From NCBI GenBank assembly GCA_021613535.1, contig CP075492.1:14632001-14696000 (forward strand): a stretch of DNA of 64,000 nt, written 5' to 3'. Shown one piece after another: positions 11,176 to 22,163 of this stretch. Position 1 is the stretch's first letter. The number at the start of each line of letters is the position of its first letter. The stretch is from Adineta vaga. Taxonomy: Eukaryota > Animalia > Rotifera. The translations under genes and the position numbers were made by a program. A model generated the notes under the pieces. It was not told the origin of the DNA, made no database searches, and saw only the letters and a list, made by a program, of their open reading frames with translations.

Positions 11176-12288
11176 TATAATAGACCAACTAAAGCCATAG
11201 TACCACCACAGCATATAAGAAGACCAATCAGCACATAGTGTGCAAGTAATAATCAAAATGTGAACTTGTACAGTAGTTTCCTACAATAGTTTGCTTCATT
11301 GAACTGCTCATATTGAACTTTTGAATGAACAGGAAATACCCATATGCTTCCCTATCAAAGAAATGATGATATCGACTTAAACTATCCAGGAGAAACTCTT
11401 CAACTGGACAATCAGCTTTGTATATTTGATCGATGACTAGTGCAGCTATTGGTAAAGCGATTGCTATGAATAGCATAATCAGTAGTACTATTTTCTTTGC
11501 TGTCATTCGATGTTGATGGAGTAATGTATGTCGGACTTGGTATGACATCGACTCTTGAATTGAATGGTAGTGGTTTATTTGAAACTTCTATGGGCTTAGG
11601 TGTCGAATCTATCCAACAAAGATGCAAAATTTTAAATCATATTAACTATTTTACAATCGTCACATAAATTATTAATCATAACTCAATGATATATTTTTAA
11701 AAAAGAATCAAAGAGGTAATGTTATCTACCCGCATGTTCACATACTTTCGATGCTGTTTATTTGTTCGTACCGAAGCGAATACGAATCGTTCTCCGTGTA
11801 AAATCATTTTATTACAAGTAGTATTCCGTAGATCATAGCACTAGAACGATGTTCTTTTTTCCATCCCAATGCATCATTAGCGATGTGAGGACATATTCTT
11901 TCTCGTCGTTCTTGAGCGCCAACAGTCTTGGGCTGAACATCAATAGAATCAGGTTTTTGTTTACATTGCAAGACTACTTGTATAGTGTACATTTGTGAAT
12001 TTTGAGGTCAAGTAAAGCTATATGTAACAGCATACTGATCAAGTCCAGCATAACTAATTGATGGTGTTGTAAAAACATACCGCTCTCCCGATATATGACC
12101 TTCGCGTATTGATAACATTTTACCGTGCATCGTCACATCATCAGGTAACAGTAGTTGTCGATGTATAACTAGCAACGCTAAATGTGTCTGAAAGATTAGA
12201 TGGATAAGATCGATTGCAATAGCATCGATCATAATGAAACATTGTCTAGAAATTCTCGACCAACACGTAAATTTCCACATTCAACCAT
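11176..12288 (-). pseudogene. Degraded tandem paralogue of the ART/four-TM gene
   Basis: Collinear fragments MVECGNLRVGREFLDNV, HRQLLLPDDVTMHGK, FTTPSISYA, VVLQCKQK and QIYKADCPV, interrupted by stops, frameshifts and internal deletions. One deletion removes the YHGT motif. Confidence 0.9.
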
Positions 12289-12612
12289 TACTACAGCTAT
12301 AATAGATGAAAAAATATCGTATGATAAGAAACAAGTTATAGTAGAAGATATCAACTTTCGACGTTGTTTTCGAGTGAGTAAATATTTATGTTTGCTTATC
12401 TATCAGAAGATTGTACATTATTTCTTTTATCATATTCGACTTCGGAAAAGCATCGATGTGTGAGACGTGTTCTGTGCAAATTTATTAATATAGTAGATTC
12501 TAGAAGAACAACAATTAATGAGTAAAAAATAAAAATAGAAGTATAATAACGTCAATTAAATAAAAGCACGAATGAGAAAATTATATCACAATGATTTAAA
12601 AACCATCATCAT

Positions 12613-13596
12613 TTGTTTAGCTTCTATCTCAGACATTTTCAAATGACGATCTCAAATTATCATCGTTCATGGTTTCTTTTAATACCATTGATTCCATCAA
12701 GTCTAGTTACTATCTTTGATTTATATCATTTTCTTCGTTCTCGAGCAACTCGAACTGCTCTTCATAATCATGTTATTATTCTTCTTCTATGTTATGTTCT
12801 TATTGAAAATCTCACTGATATTATTTGGCAAATCTATTATTATCATAATGACAAAGTTCTTTTATTTACACCTTTATTCTGTCAAATTTGGATATTTATT
12901 GGTTCAGCAATGTATATATCAGTGCATACATTGATGGCATGGGCATCCATCGAACGACATATTCTTATTTTTCATTCATATTGGTTTGCTACGAAAATTA
13001 AACGAATTATTTTTCATTACTTACCATTGTTTTTATGTATTATTGGCCCTATTGTATTTTACTTTCTTACAGCTTTTATTCTACCTTGTGATGCTGTATT
13101 GGATTTCAATAAGAGATTTTGTGGCATATATTCATGTGTTTCTTTAAAACGAGAAACTTCGTTAATTGATAGTATTGGCAACTTTATAGTTCCTACTTTT
13201 ATCACAGTTTTGTTTTGTGTTACTCTTTTTCTACGTATCTTGTATCATCATCGTTATCATATTCATCGACAAGTTCAATGGAGAAATTATAAGAAATTAG
13301 CGCTTCAACTGCTCCCATTATCTATACTATACATTTTCTTACAAGTTCCACCAATAACATTGTATGTCGCATATTCGATTGGATTATCACGAACAATCGC
13401 ATATGATTATTATTCTGATGCTTTCTTTTTCACTTTTTGGATTGTTCTATTCATTCCATTTGCTAGTGCATTATCATTACCTAACTTGCGCAAGAAATGT
13501 AGAAATATTCTTTTATTTTGGCAACACGAATGTGCCATAGATTTACAAATGTTTGTCTTGAATCGTCGAACTAGAAGAATAACACCGATAATATAA
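12613..13596 (+). CDS. Orphan class A (rhodopsin-like) GPCR
   Basis: Seven hydrophobic segments, Cys before TM3 (FCQIW), DRY-equivalent WASIERH. The start is uncertain; a possible acceptor TTTAG ends at 12620. Confidence 0.8.
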   Translation: MFSFYLRHFQMTISNYHRSWFLLIPLIPSSLVTIFDLYHFLRSRATRTALHNHVIILLLCYVLIENLTDIIWQIYYYHNDKVLLFTPLFCQIWIFIGSAMYISVHTLMAWASIERHILIFHSYWFATKIKRIIFHYLPLFLCIIGPIVFYFLTAFILPCDAVLDFNKRFCGIYSCVSLKRETSLIDSIGNFIVPTFITVLFCVTLFLRILYHHRYHIHRQVQWRNYKKLALQLLPLSILYIFLQVPPITLYVAYSIGLSRTIAYDYYSDAFFFTFWIVLFIPFASALSLPNLRKKCRNILLFWQHECAIDLQMFVLNRRTRRITPII

Positions 13597-13897
13597 TAAA
13601 CATATAGAAAATTCGTTGTTTGTATACTTGATTGTACGAATGAATGAATCAAACAAATCCATTAACTGTCCATAAATTCATTTTCGTTCTTTCGAAAAAT
13701 AGTACACTTGCTTATTTCAATCGAACAGTAAAAATGTGGAGAAAATTTTCTTTGTTGTTGTTATTTTTCTATCGACTTTTCAGGTTACTTGCGAAATTAG
13801 AACAATTTCAATACATAAACTCTTCTGAAACAGGATTATGCCTCGTTTGATATATTCAGGTATCGTTATTTTAACAAATATATTATAATTGTTTTAT

Positions 13898-14862
13898 ATG
13901 TTTTTTCTTCTTCTATTGATAATAGTACTCGTCTGTGTATTAATTAGTTTCTGCTTATTCAATGTTAATGAAGTAAACAAAAGAATTTCCATGAGTTTAA
14001 AAATAGCGATTAAACATATGATCGATGTTCAATCGTATTTCGAAGAGAAAACCATTCCTGTGAATGAATGTCCTGATCATCAATATAAGATTCAAATCAT
14101 TACACGAAATCCATTGATTATTTATATTGATAAATTTCTAACTCAAAATGAAATCAAGCATTTAATTGAATTGGCGTAAGTTGAATCAAACTCGAAGAAA
14201 GATTTCTAAAAAACGAATTTTTTTAGAGAACCATTATTTAAACAATCAGGTGTTTATGATAATCATGGTAAACTTATTCAAAATAACTATCGAACATCAT
14301 GGACAGCGGATCTTGAACGTCAGGAAACGCCTATTGTGAAATGTATTGAACAAAGATTTGCTCAACTTCAAGGAAATATCGATGTAGAATATCTTGAACC
14401 ATTACAAATCGTCAAATATACATCTGAACAAGAAGTTTGTCGTGTAGTTCTACTTTTGGATCATCAGAAAACAATTTCATTTCATTCTAGTTTAAACCAC
14501 ATTTTGATTGGTTTTCTCAAGCTGATGTCTTGAAAAATAATGGACAACGAATTACAACATTTTTTACATATCTTTATTCGAATTGTTCATATGGTGAAAC
14601 TGAATTTGTTCATATTCGCTTTGATAAAGTTTTACATAAGAAATTTTGTCAAATTTTAATCTGTGATGACAAATCTTCACAAATGGGTCTTCGATTTCGG
14701 CCATTACCAGGAAATAGTATCTTTTGGTTTAATGTCAATGAACAAGGTAAAGGTGATTATTTAACATATCATGCTGGTCGACCACCGAAAAAAGATGGTC
14801 TCAAAATCGGATTAAACACATGGACACATGATAGCAAAGTTTTTGTAAAAAAAAGAGAATAA
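13898..14862 (+). CDS. Prolyl 4-hydroxylase-like 2OG-Fe(II) dioxygenase with N-terminal membrane anchor
   Basis: Introns 14176-14226 and 14435-14490 join in frame. Motifs: PLIIYIDKFLT, RTS, EPLQIVKY, HFD (HxD), RITTFFTYL, YHAG, KIGLNTW. Confidence 0.9.
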
Positions 14863-14989
14863 ATTTCTTTTCATACAAAACAAAACAAAATGAACTGAAA
14901 ATAATTTACAAATTATGATTATCATCGTCTTCATCTGATTTACGAGTACAAATTTGTGATGTGACAACGAATAATAGATATGATATTTC

Positions 14990-15420
14990 ATTATTATTTT
15001 GAGAATATCAAATGTAAGAAGTTTTAAACTCTCTAATACTAAAGATTTCACTTGAGTAAAACGATGCATTGGTGCGACATGATAAATTGATCGATATCAA
15101 TGACTAATTCAACCCTTTTATATTCATAAAAAATCTTTTGTTCAATATTTGAGGGTACAATTGTCGGATATATTATATTGATAGCTAAATCACTAATATA
15201 TCCAGTAGTAATTTGAAATGTAAAATTAAATTTTCGAATATTTGTTTTGAAAAGAACATCTTTTCATTGATTACCACATCACTTAAATCATTTTTACCAT
15301 TCGCTTCGGTAGTTACATGTATTAATTCATTTAAATCATTCAGACATTGTTTGAACAGATTTCAACGATATAATCAGATCTATAAATCATCAACGATTAA
15401 ATGAGTTAAGACGTCAGCTT
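14990..15420 (-). pseudogene. Decayed remnant of an F-box/LRR-type gene
   Basis: Broken frames give LNELIHVTTEANGKNDL…GNQ*KDVLFKTNIRKFNFTFQI and HRFTQVKSLVL, which resemble LRR-like repeats. Multiple stops and frameshifts. Confidence 0.35.
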
Positions 15421-15820
15421 GTTGATGAAATAATGAAAAAATATTCTTCTGTTATATGGAGTTGATACGGTATAGTTTTATCAGATAAGATCATTGAAAT
15501 GATTGTTCAGATTTTTGAATGATCGGGATGAGTTCAATAGACAGAATCATATCAGTCGTAAAATAAGAAAGACGAAATAGAACGTACGGATCCAATGTAA
15601 ATTTCTTTTTCTGTATAAAGGGATATTCCTCATTGAATATAAGCAATACATTTACATTATGTTCTCGTTTTCTGATATTTATTGTATTGATATATGCACA
15701 TATTTTGTAACAAATTTTAAATTGCAAACATAAAATTTTTTTGTTTTTCTATCAGTTAGATCTCACTGAAAGCACATTTATTTCAATGTTGATATTATTA
15801 ACTATTTATAATTCATCGAT

Positions 15821-16075
15821 TGACGTCACTGTTTATGTCATTTGCAAATCGTATTATGAAGAAAAAAACAAATATGACTCTTTCTTTAATGAAAATGACA
15901 TCTTACAATGACGTCGATCTCAAATTTATTTGAAATTCAGAGCAGAAAAATGGTTCTCAATTAAGTTTTTTCTATCATAATTTCCTTCTTTGTTGTAGTC
16001 GAGAATTAGATTATCATCTTCATCGGAAAAATTGTCTTTCTACTTGAGAAGTATAACTAAATCAAGTTGACGTCA
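15821..16075. promoter_or_regulatory. Two perfect CRE palindromes (TGACGTCA) upstream of a GPCR
   Basis: TGACGTCA at 15821-15828 and 16068-16075; 7/8 matches at 15909 and 15410. Confidence 0.35.
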
Positions 16076-16291
16076 AATGCAGTTAGATGATGCGTTACAG
16101 AAATATCTCGAAGAAAATAATTTGTATAAGTAAGTCACTATCTCAATTTTCTTTCTTCAACGTTTCTACTTTCATTATTAAAAAAAAGACGCATAAACTG
16201 AAAATGACAGATAAATATTTTATATACGATAAGCCATTATTTGTTCCTAAAAGATAAATATTACCTATGTTCTTTCTTATTCAGGATATAG

Positions 16292-17356
16292 TTGAAAGTA
16301 TTCCATCTTTTATTACTTATAGTTATCATGTCGAGTTCAATCAATAGTTTTGTTACGAATCTAAACCTGATCTCGACTTGGATTAATCGCGTTTTTCCAG
16401 TTTTACAAATTGTTTTTGGCACATGTGGAAATCTGTTCAACATTATCGTGTTTACTCGACCGACATTACGCGACAATCCGTGTTCAATGTACTTTTTAGC
16501 GGGCACAATTAGTAACTTTATTGAAATTTATATGGAGATACTTTATCAATATCTTAAAAGTAATTGGAACTGGGATCCAACGAATACCAACACTATTTGG
16601 TGTATAATACGTAACTGGTTGACATATCCTGCTTTATGTCTCGTACTATGGTTTATCGTTCTATCAAGCTTCGATCGATTTCTTATAAGTTCACATAATG
16701 TACGAATTCGTCGCATGAGTAATACATCAGCAGCTAAGAAAACAATCCTATTCACCATTTTATGTTTTTTCCTGATTTATGCACACATGCCATTTTTTTA
16801 TAGAGCTATTAGACTCGGTACTTTGAACATTTGCACTGTTCAATCATCAGAATATATAATTTTTTCTAATATTTTATTTGTTATGGTTTTCTGCCTTTTA
16901 CCGATCCTATTTATGGTCATTTTTGGTACTTTAACATTTATCAACGTTCGTACAATACGCAATCGTATTAATCCACAATTCAACAACACAAGACAAGAAC
17001 GTATACGAGCCAATGATCGTCAACTGACTAGAATGCTGCTATCACAAGTACTAATCACTACGCTACTGTCAGTTCCCTATTGTTGCATCAACATGTATAG
17101 CACATTTGTGTTAACCTTGCTTAAAAAGCAACTTTCAACATCTGATCGAGCAATTTTCAGTCTGACATTTTATGTTACCCGAACACTTCATTTCACCAAT
17201 CCTGTGATTGGATTTTACGTATATACTTTGAGCAGTTCAAAATTTAATGCTGAATTCAAACGATGCATTCGATATGGATTGAGAATCATTTTCACAACAA
17301 CAGGTATCATAAAATATCTGCCACGAAGAAGGCAACAAGTACTACTCAATCTTTAA
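16292..17356 (+). CDS. Orphan class A GPCR, intronless
   Basis: GN in TM1 (GTCGNLFN), LRDNPCSMYFL, SSFDRF, YVYTLSSSKF. The likely start is MSSS at 16328. Confidence 0.85.
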   Translation: MKVFHLLLLIVIMSSSINSFVTNLNLISTWINRVFPVLQIVFGTCGNLFNIIVFTRPTLRDNPCSMYFLAGTISNFIEIYMEILYQYLKSNWNWDPTNTNTIWCIIRNWLTYPALCLVLWFIVLSSFDRFLISSHNVRIRRMSNTSAAKKTILFTILCFFLIYAHMPFFYRAIRLGTLNICTVQSSEYIIFSNILFVMVFCLLPILFMVIFGTLTFINVRTIRNRINPQFNNTRQERIRANDRQLTRMLLSQVLITTLLSVPYCCINMYSTFVLTLLKKQLSTSDRAIFSLTFYVTRTLHFTNPVIGFYVYTLSSSKFNAEFKRCIRYGLRIIFTTTGIIKYLPRRRQQVLLNL

Positions 17357-18304
17357 GGACAACTGGAGAAGCAAATAAGGTTCGTTCTACTCACCATCAA
17401 CAAACAATAGCGAAAACAACGATGGTATAAACATATATACTGTCACTCTCTTGTTAGGTAGAAAGGCTCTATCACATTAAATATCATCAATCGAACGTAT
17501 TGGATTGGAATTAATAATATATGCATATGATTCGATTCTAATTACCTTTATCTTGACCAATCCATATTTTATTATCTTGCCTATAGGATATGTAAATAGA
17601 TATAGATTTTGATCCTTTTCCAATTGCCTGAAGGTTGTGCAAGAAAATAACAATTACTATGATCAACAGGTTTGGACATCATCAGTAGATACTCACCATT
17701 TCATTTACAACGAAACGAATAACTCATTTGATATCTTTCTATTTGACTGATCGCCAGTTTACCACATAAATCATAAATTATCGAGGCATCTTTTCAAAGT
17801 TCAATTTCTTTTATTCTATAAACCAGAACGATCTTTTAACATAGGATAAGCATCAGTACGTAGTGCTCGTTCGAAAATTTTCTATGAATTTAATTTGTTT
17901 TCTCGACTAAAGGGATGATTGAAGGTGTGCTTGTGTATATATTTTCTCTTCAACCATATATACACCCTCGAGGTTAATATTCTCGAGAAATGAGTCATGA
18001 TGTGGATCTAATCGTACAGTGATAATACATTGGCTCCATATAATGGCGCCCTCTTTTGTTTTGTATTTGTACCATTTTTTGTTCTTGAAATAAAAATGTA
18101 GTACTATCCAGAAACATTTTCTCAATCGGATTGCACTGAATTTATCTTTGTGACTTTGAAAAAATACGACGACCAATCTCTTATTCGTATATATTTTAGG
18201 CCATCGACAAACATGTACAGTATAGGATTTATTTTCTTGTTTTTACTCTTTATCGTCGGCGTAGAAGTTCATAGTACGTACTTTAGTTACGCAAAGAACG
18301 TATA

Positions 18305-18326
18305 TGATGATGATGATGATGATGAT
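18305..18326. repeat. (GAT)n microsatellite
   Basis: About seven ATG/GAT units just upstream of the SDR gene. Confidence 0.85.
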
Positions 18327-18401
18327 AGTGCAAAAAATTCAATATATATTTAGATTGATACTGCTCGAGTAAAACTGCATTTGTGAAATACAATCACAAA
18401 G

Positions 18402-19583
18402 ATGGTTAATCTGGTCTTATATTTTCTTCGTCAACCAGAAACAAAAGCACTACTTTTTGTTTCTCTATCAATTCTTCTTCTACCATTATCAGCTCTTTCA
18501 GTACCTTTAATTCCTCATTGTATTTGGGTATTTGTTCGTTCATCATATCTATGTATTGCACTTTACTTTATCGGTGTTTATTGTCTTTCACGATGGATTG
18601 CTCGTGGTGGTCAATTTGATGCATTGAAAACAAAGGATCTCAATGGAAAGACTTATTTAATCACTGGATCTGCTGGTGGTATTGGAAAGGAAACAGCTCT
18701 CGAATTAGCGAAACGTGGTGCTAAAGTAGTTTTATTTGCACGACCAAGCAATCTTCAAGAAACAATTAATGATGTTAAAAAAGTGGCACGAGATGCTAAA
18801 CTTGTAAGTGGTTATCCAATTGATTTAGCTGATTTACGTTCAATCAAAATTGGTATTGAACAATATAAAAAAGTTGAAGGCGAGTAAGTATCATATTAAT
18901 CAAAGAATCTTTATATATAGATACATATATATATATATATATTTGTTATTTGTAGAAATGCTTCAATTACTGCTTTGATCAATAATGCTGGCGTCATGGC
19001 TCTACCCTATGCACGTACTAAGGATGGTTTTGAAATGCAAATGGGTACTAATCATTTTGGCCATTTTTATCTGACTCAATTACTTCTTCCTCAATTACTT
19101 AAATCCAAATCGCGTGTTGTTAACGTTTCATCATTAGCTCATGTTATGTGGAAAGTCCCATGCACACCTGACACGTATGCTGAACAATTTAACAAACAAA
19201 CATATAAACCTTGGAATGCCTATTCTCTCAGTAAAACAGCAAATATTTATTTTACTCACGAATTACATCGTCGTTTTCATGCACAAGGTCTTACTGCATA
19301 TGTTCTTCATCCTGGCGGAGTTAATACAGGATTGGCAAGACATATAGCACTTTCATCAGTATTAATTGCACCTTTTCGATTGCTTCTCTTTAAAACACAG
19401 CTGGAAGGTGCTCAAACAAATCTATATTGTGCTGTATCAGACGATGTGGTATCAGGAAAATATTATTCCGATTGTCAAGAATTGGAATTAGGAAATCCAT
19501 ATGCGAATGATTCGGATCGAGCTCGTGAATGGTGGGAATATTCAGAAAAGATTGTCGCCGAAAAGATCAAAGAATTGAACTAG
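18402..19583 (+). CDS. Retinol dehydrogenase/WWOX-like short-chain dehydrogenase with N-terminal TM segments
   Basis: Intron 18884-18955. Motifs [32 protein letters not shown] (YxxxK), HPGGV. Confidence 0.93.
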
Positions 19584-19983
19584 ACATTTGATATCTCTGT
19601 CATTATTTTTTCGTACATGTTTATGAAATATAAAAAACAAATAACCATCATTTATTTTCTAATATTTTTATCACATTGAAACGTGAAGTTCTGCTTCATT
19701 AGTTAGAGGGAGAGAAAAGAAAATTAAAGAACACATGGGTGTACGGATGATATTTTCTTTCTAAACTCAATCGATATATATATATATATCAATGGATGAA
19801 TGTATCCTTTTTTTATTTAGACTGTAAAACATACATTTCATATTGAGAAACTTCAGAAGGTGAGTTGAAAATAGTGCAAAGAGTGTATTCGTCCATTGAT
19901 CGAGTGGAAGTAAAAATATATCACTTTGATAATATTATAGAATAAACGTGATCATTGTGTCATAATCATAGTATTGACAAAAG

Positions 19984-21729
19984 ATGCCTTCATTAACAGA
20001 ATCAGATAATTATTGGGAAACGGCAACAGATGATATTCGAGCGCAAATTATTACGACGTCAAATACAAACTCTAGACGAAATATATTTCAACGCATGATT
20101 GATTCATTTAAACGTGTACCTTCATCTAAAAATATTTCGATTCCAATGACGGAAACTGATAGAAGAGATGACCAAAACGATGAAGTCGAAAAAGGAGAAA
20201 GTGGTTTGCATCGAGCACTGAAAAATCGACATTTGCAGATGATTGCCATAGGCGGATCAATTGGTACTGGTCTTTTTGTTGGATCAGGTTTAGCACTAGC
20301 ATCGAGCGGTCCTGGTGCACTTGTTCTTGATTTTGCCATCATTGGTTTTATGCTTTTCAATGTATGTATGGCATTGGGAGAGCTTAGTGTCGTTTTTCCT
20401 GTGTCTGGCTCATTTGCTGCTCATAGTACACGTTTTCTTGATCCTGCATGGGGATTTGCTATGGGATGGAATTATGCTCTCGGCTGGTTAATTATTATGC
20501 CTCTTGAATTAACAGCTGCTGGACTTGTAATTAACTATTGGACGACGTCGATAAATGTTGCAGTATGGATCACCATTTTTTTAATTGCACTTTTGATTAT
20601 CAATTTATTTGGTGTACGTGGATATGGCGAAATTGAATTCGTTATATCCCTCATTAAAGTAATTGCTGTCATTGGATTCATTATTCTCGGTATTATTCTA
20701 GTTTTCGGAGGTGGACCAAATCATGAATATTTAGGAGGGAAATATTGGCAGAATCCAGGTGCATTTGCCAATGGTTTCAAAGGTATATGTTCGACTTTTG
20801 TAGTGGCTGCTTTTGCTTTTGGAGGTACAGAACTAGTTGGCTTAGCTGCAGCCGAAACAGATAATCCTCGAAAGACTATTCCACGAGCCACAAAACAAGT
20901 CTTCTGGAGAATAATGATATTCTATATTGTATCATTAACACTTATCGGTTGTTTAGTACCTTATACATCTCGACGTCTTTTGAGTGGAACTTCGGCTTAT
21001 GACGCGTCAGCATCACCTTTCGTTATTGCTATTGAAGATGCAGGCATCAAAGTTCTACCTTCGATATTCAATGCCATGATACTTTGTGCTGTACTTTCAG
21101 TTGGTAACTCGTCTGTTTATGGTGCATCTCGAACTTTATGTGCACTTGCTGAAAATGGTCAAGCACCAAACATATTCGCTTATATCGATCGTAAAGGTCG
21201 TCCACTTTCTGCGGTCGCCTTATCGATGCTCTTGGGTTTCATAGCTTATATCAATTGTGCAGAAGTAGGTTCACAAGTATTTCATTGGTTACTAGCACTT
21301 GCTGGTTTGTCATCATTTTTTACTTGGAGTTCTATATGTGCATGTCATATCATGTTTCGAATAGCATGGAAAGCGCAAGGTCACACACTGGATGAACTGA
21401 CGTTTGTAGCACCTTTTGGTATTTGGGGAAGCTGTATTGGTCTTTTGCTCAACATTCTATGTCTTATTGCTCAATTTTATCTAGCTATTTTTCCATTAGA
21501 CTCTCCTCCAAGTGCAGAACGGTTTTTTCAAGCATATCTTGCTGCTCCCGTTATTCTTCTCTTATATGTAACATGGAAATTGTGGAAGAGATCACCATTT
21601 ATGCGACCGAACACCATCGATCTGACTACTGGAAGACGTTTGCTCGACTCCCAACAGCTTATCGATGAAGAAAAAGCAGAACGTATGACTCGGCCTAGAT
21701 GGAAAAGAATATATTACACACTATGCTAA
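19984..21729 (+). CDS. Fungal-type amino acid permease (APC superfamily, YAT/GAP1-like), intronless
   Basis: LKNRHLQMIAIGGSIGTGLFVGSG, GFAMGWNY, FAFGGTELVG, QVFWRI, ASPFVIAI; about 12 TM segments; C-terminal Cys as in yeast permeases. Confidence 0.95.
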   Translation: MPSLTESDNYWETATDDIRAQIITTSNTNSRRNIFQRMIDSFKRVPSSKNISIPMTETDRRDDQNDEVEKGESGLHRALKNRHLQMIAIGGSIGTGLFVGSGLALASSGPGALVLDFAIIGFMLFNVCMALGELSVVFPVSGSFAAHSTRFLDPAWGFAMGWNYALGWLIIMPLELTAAGLVINYWTTSINVAVWITIFLIALLIINLFGVRGYGEIEFVISLIKVIAVIGFIILGIILVFGGGPNHEYLGGKYWQNPGAFANGFKGICSTFVVAAFAFGGTELVGLAAAETDNPRKTIPRATKQVFWRIMIFYIVSLTLIGCLVPYTSRRLLSGTSAYDASASPFVIAIEDAGIKVLPSIFNAMILCAVLSVGNSSVYGASRTLCALAENGQAPNIFAYIDRKGRPLSAVALSMLLGFIAYINCAEVGSQVFHWLLALAGLSSFFTWSSICACHIMFRIAWKAQGHTLDELTFVAPFGIWGSCIGLLLNILCLIAQFYLAIFPLDSPPSAERFFQAYLAAPVILLLYVTWKLWKRSPFMRPNTIDLTTGRRLLDSQQLIDEEKAERMTRPRWKRIYYTLC

Positions 21730-22163
21730 ATTACTGTATACAAACTTTGTTCGAATATTTTGTTTTTAAAGTGTGAAAAAAGATCTTATTTATTTTCCGC
21801 TCACTCACATCCTCAAGGTTACAATAGAAAGAGAAAATTAAAAAAAAATGTTGTTGTTGTTACTGTTGGTGAATCAATGTTTGATTTTGTCGTTCTACCG
21901 GCAAGAATTCTTGCTGTGTAACACAACTGTAGTAACAATAATAGAGAGAATTGCACCATTTCAAGAAAGGGAAAAAAATCCCACGTGGTGTGTATTTATG
22001 TATTACGGTTACTTTCTTTTTGAAAAGATGTTGAGAATTAGGTTATAGTTTCAGACAAGAATACATTGTTTTGAAATCATACATTAGCAGTAAATCAACT
22101 ACAGACAAAATCTCATCTGCATCTACAGTTTTTGTTATTGCCAGAATTAACCGCTTAAACCAT

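Noticed and set aside
20088-20360. Antisense or overlapping ORFs inside real genes (also 56157-56492, 50061-50285, 7805-8011)
   Set aside because: Shadow frames of the main coding sequences.
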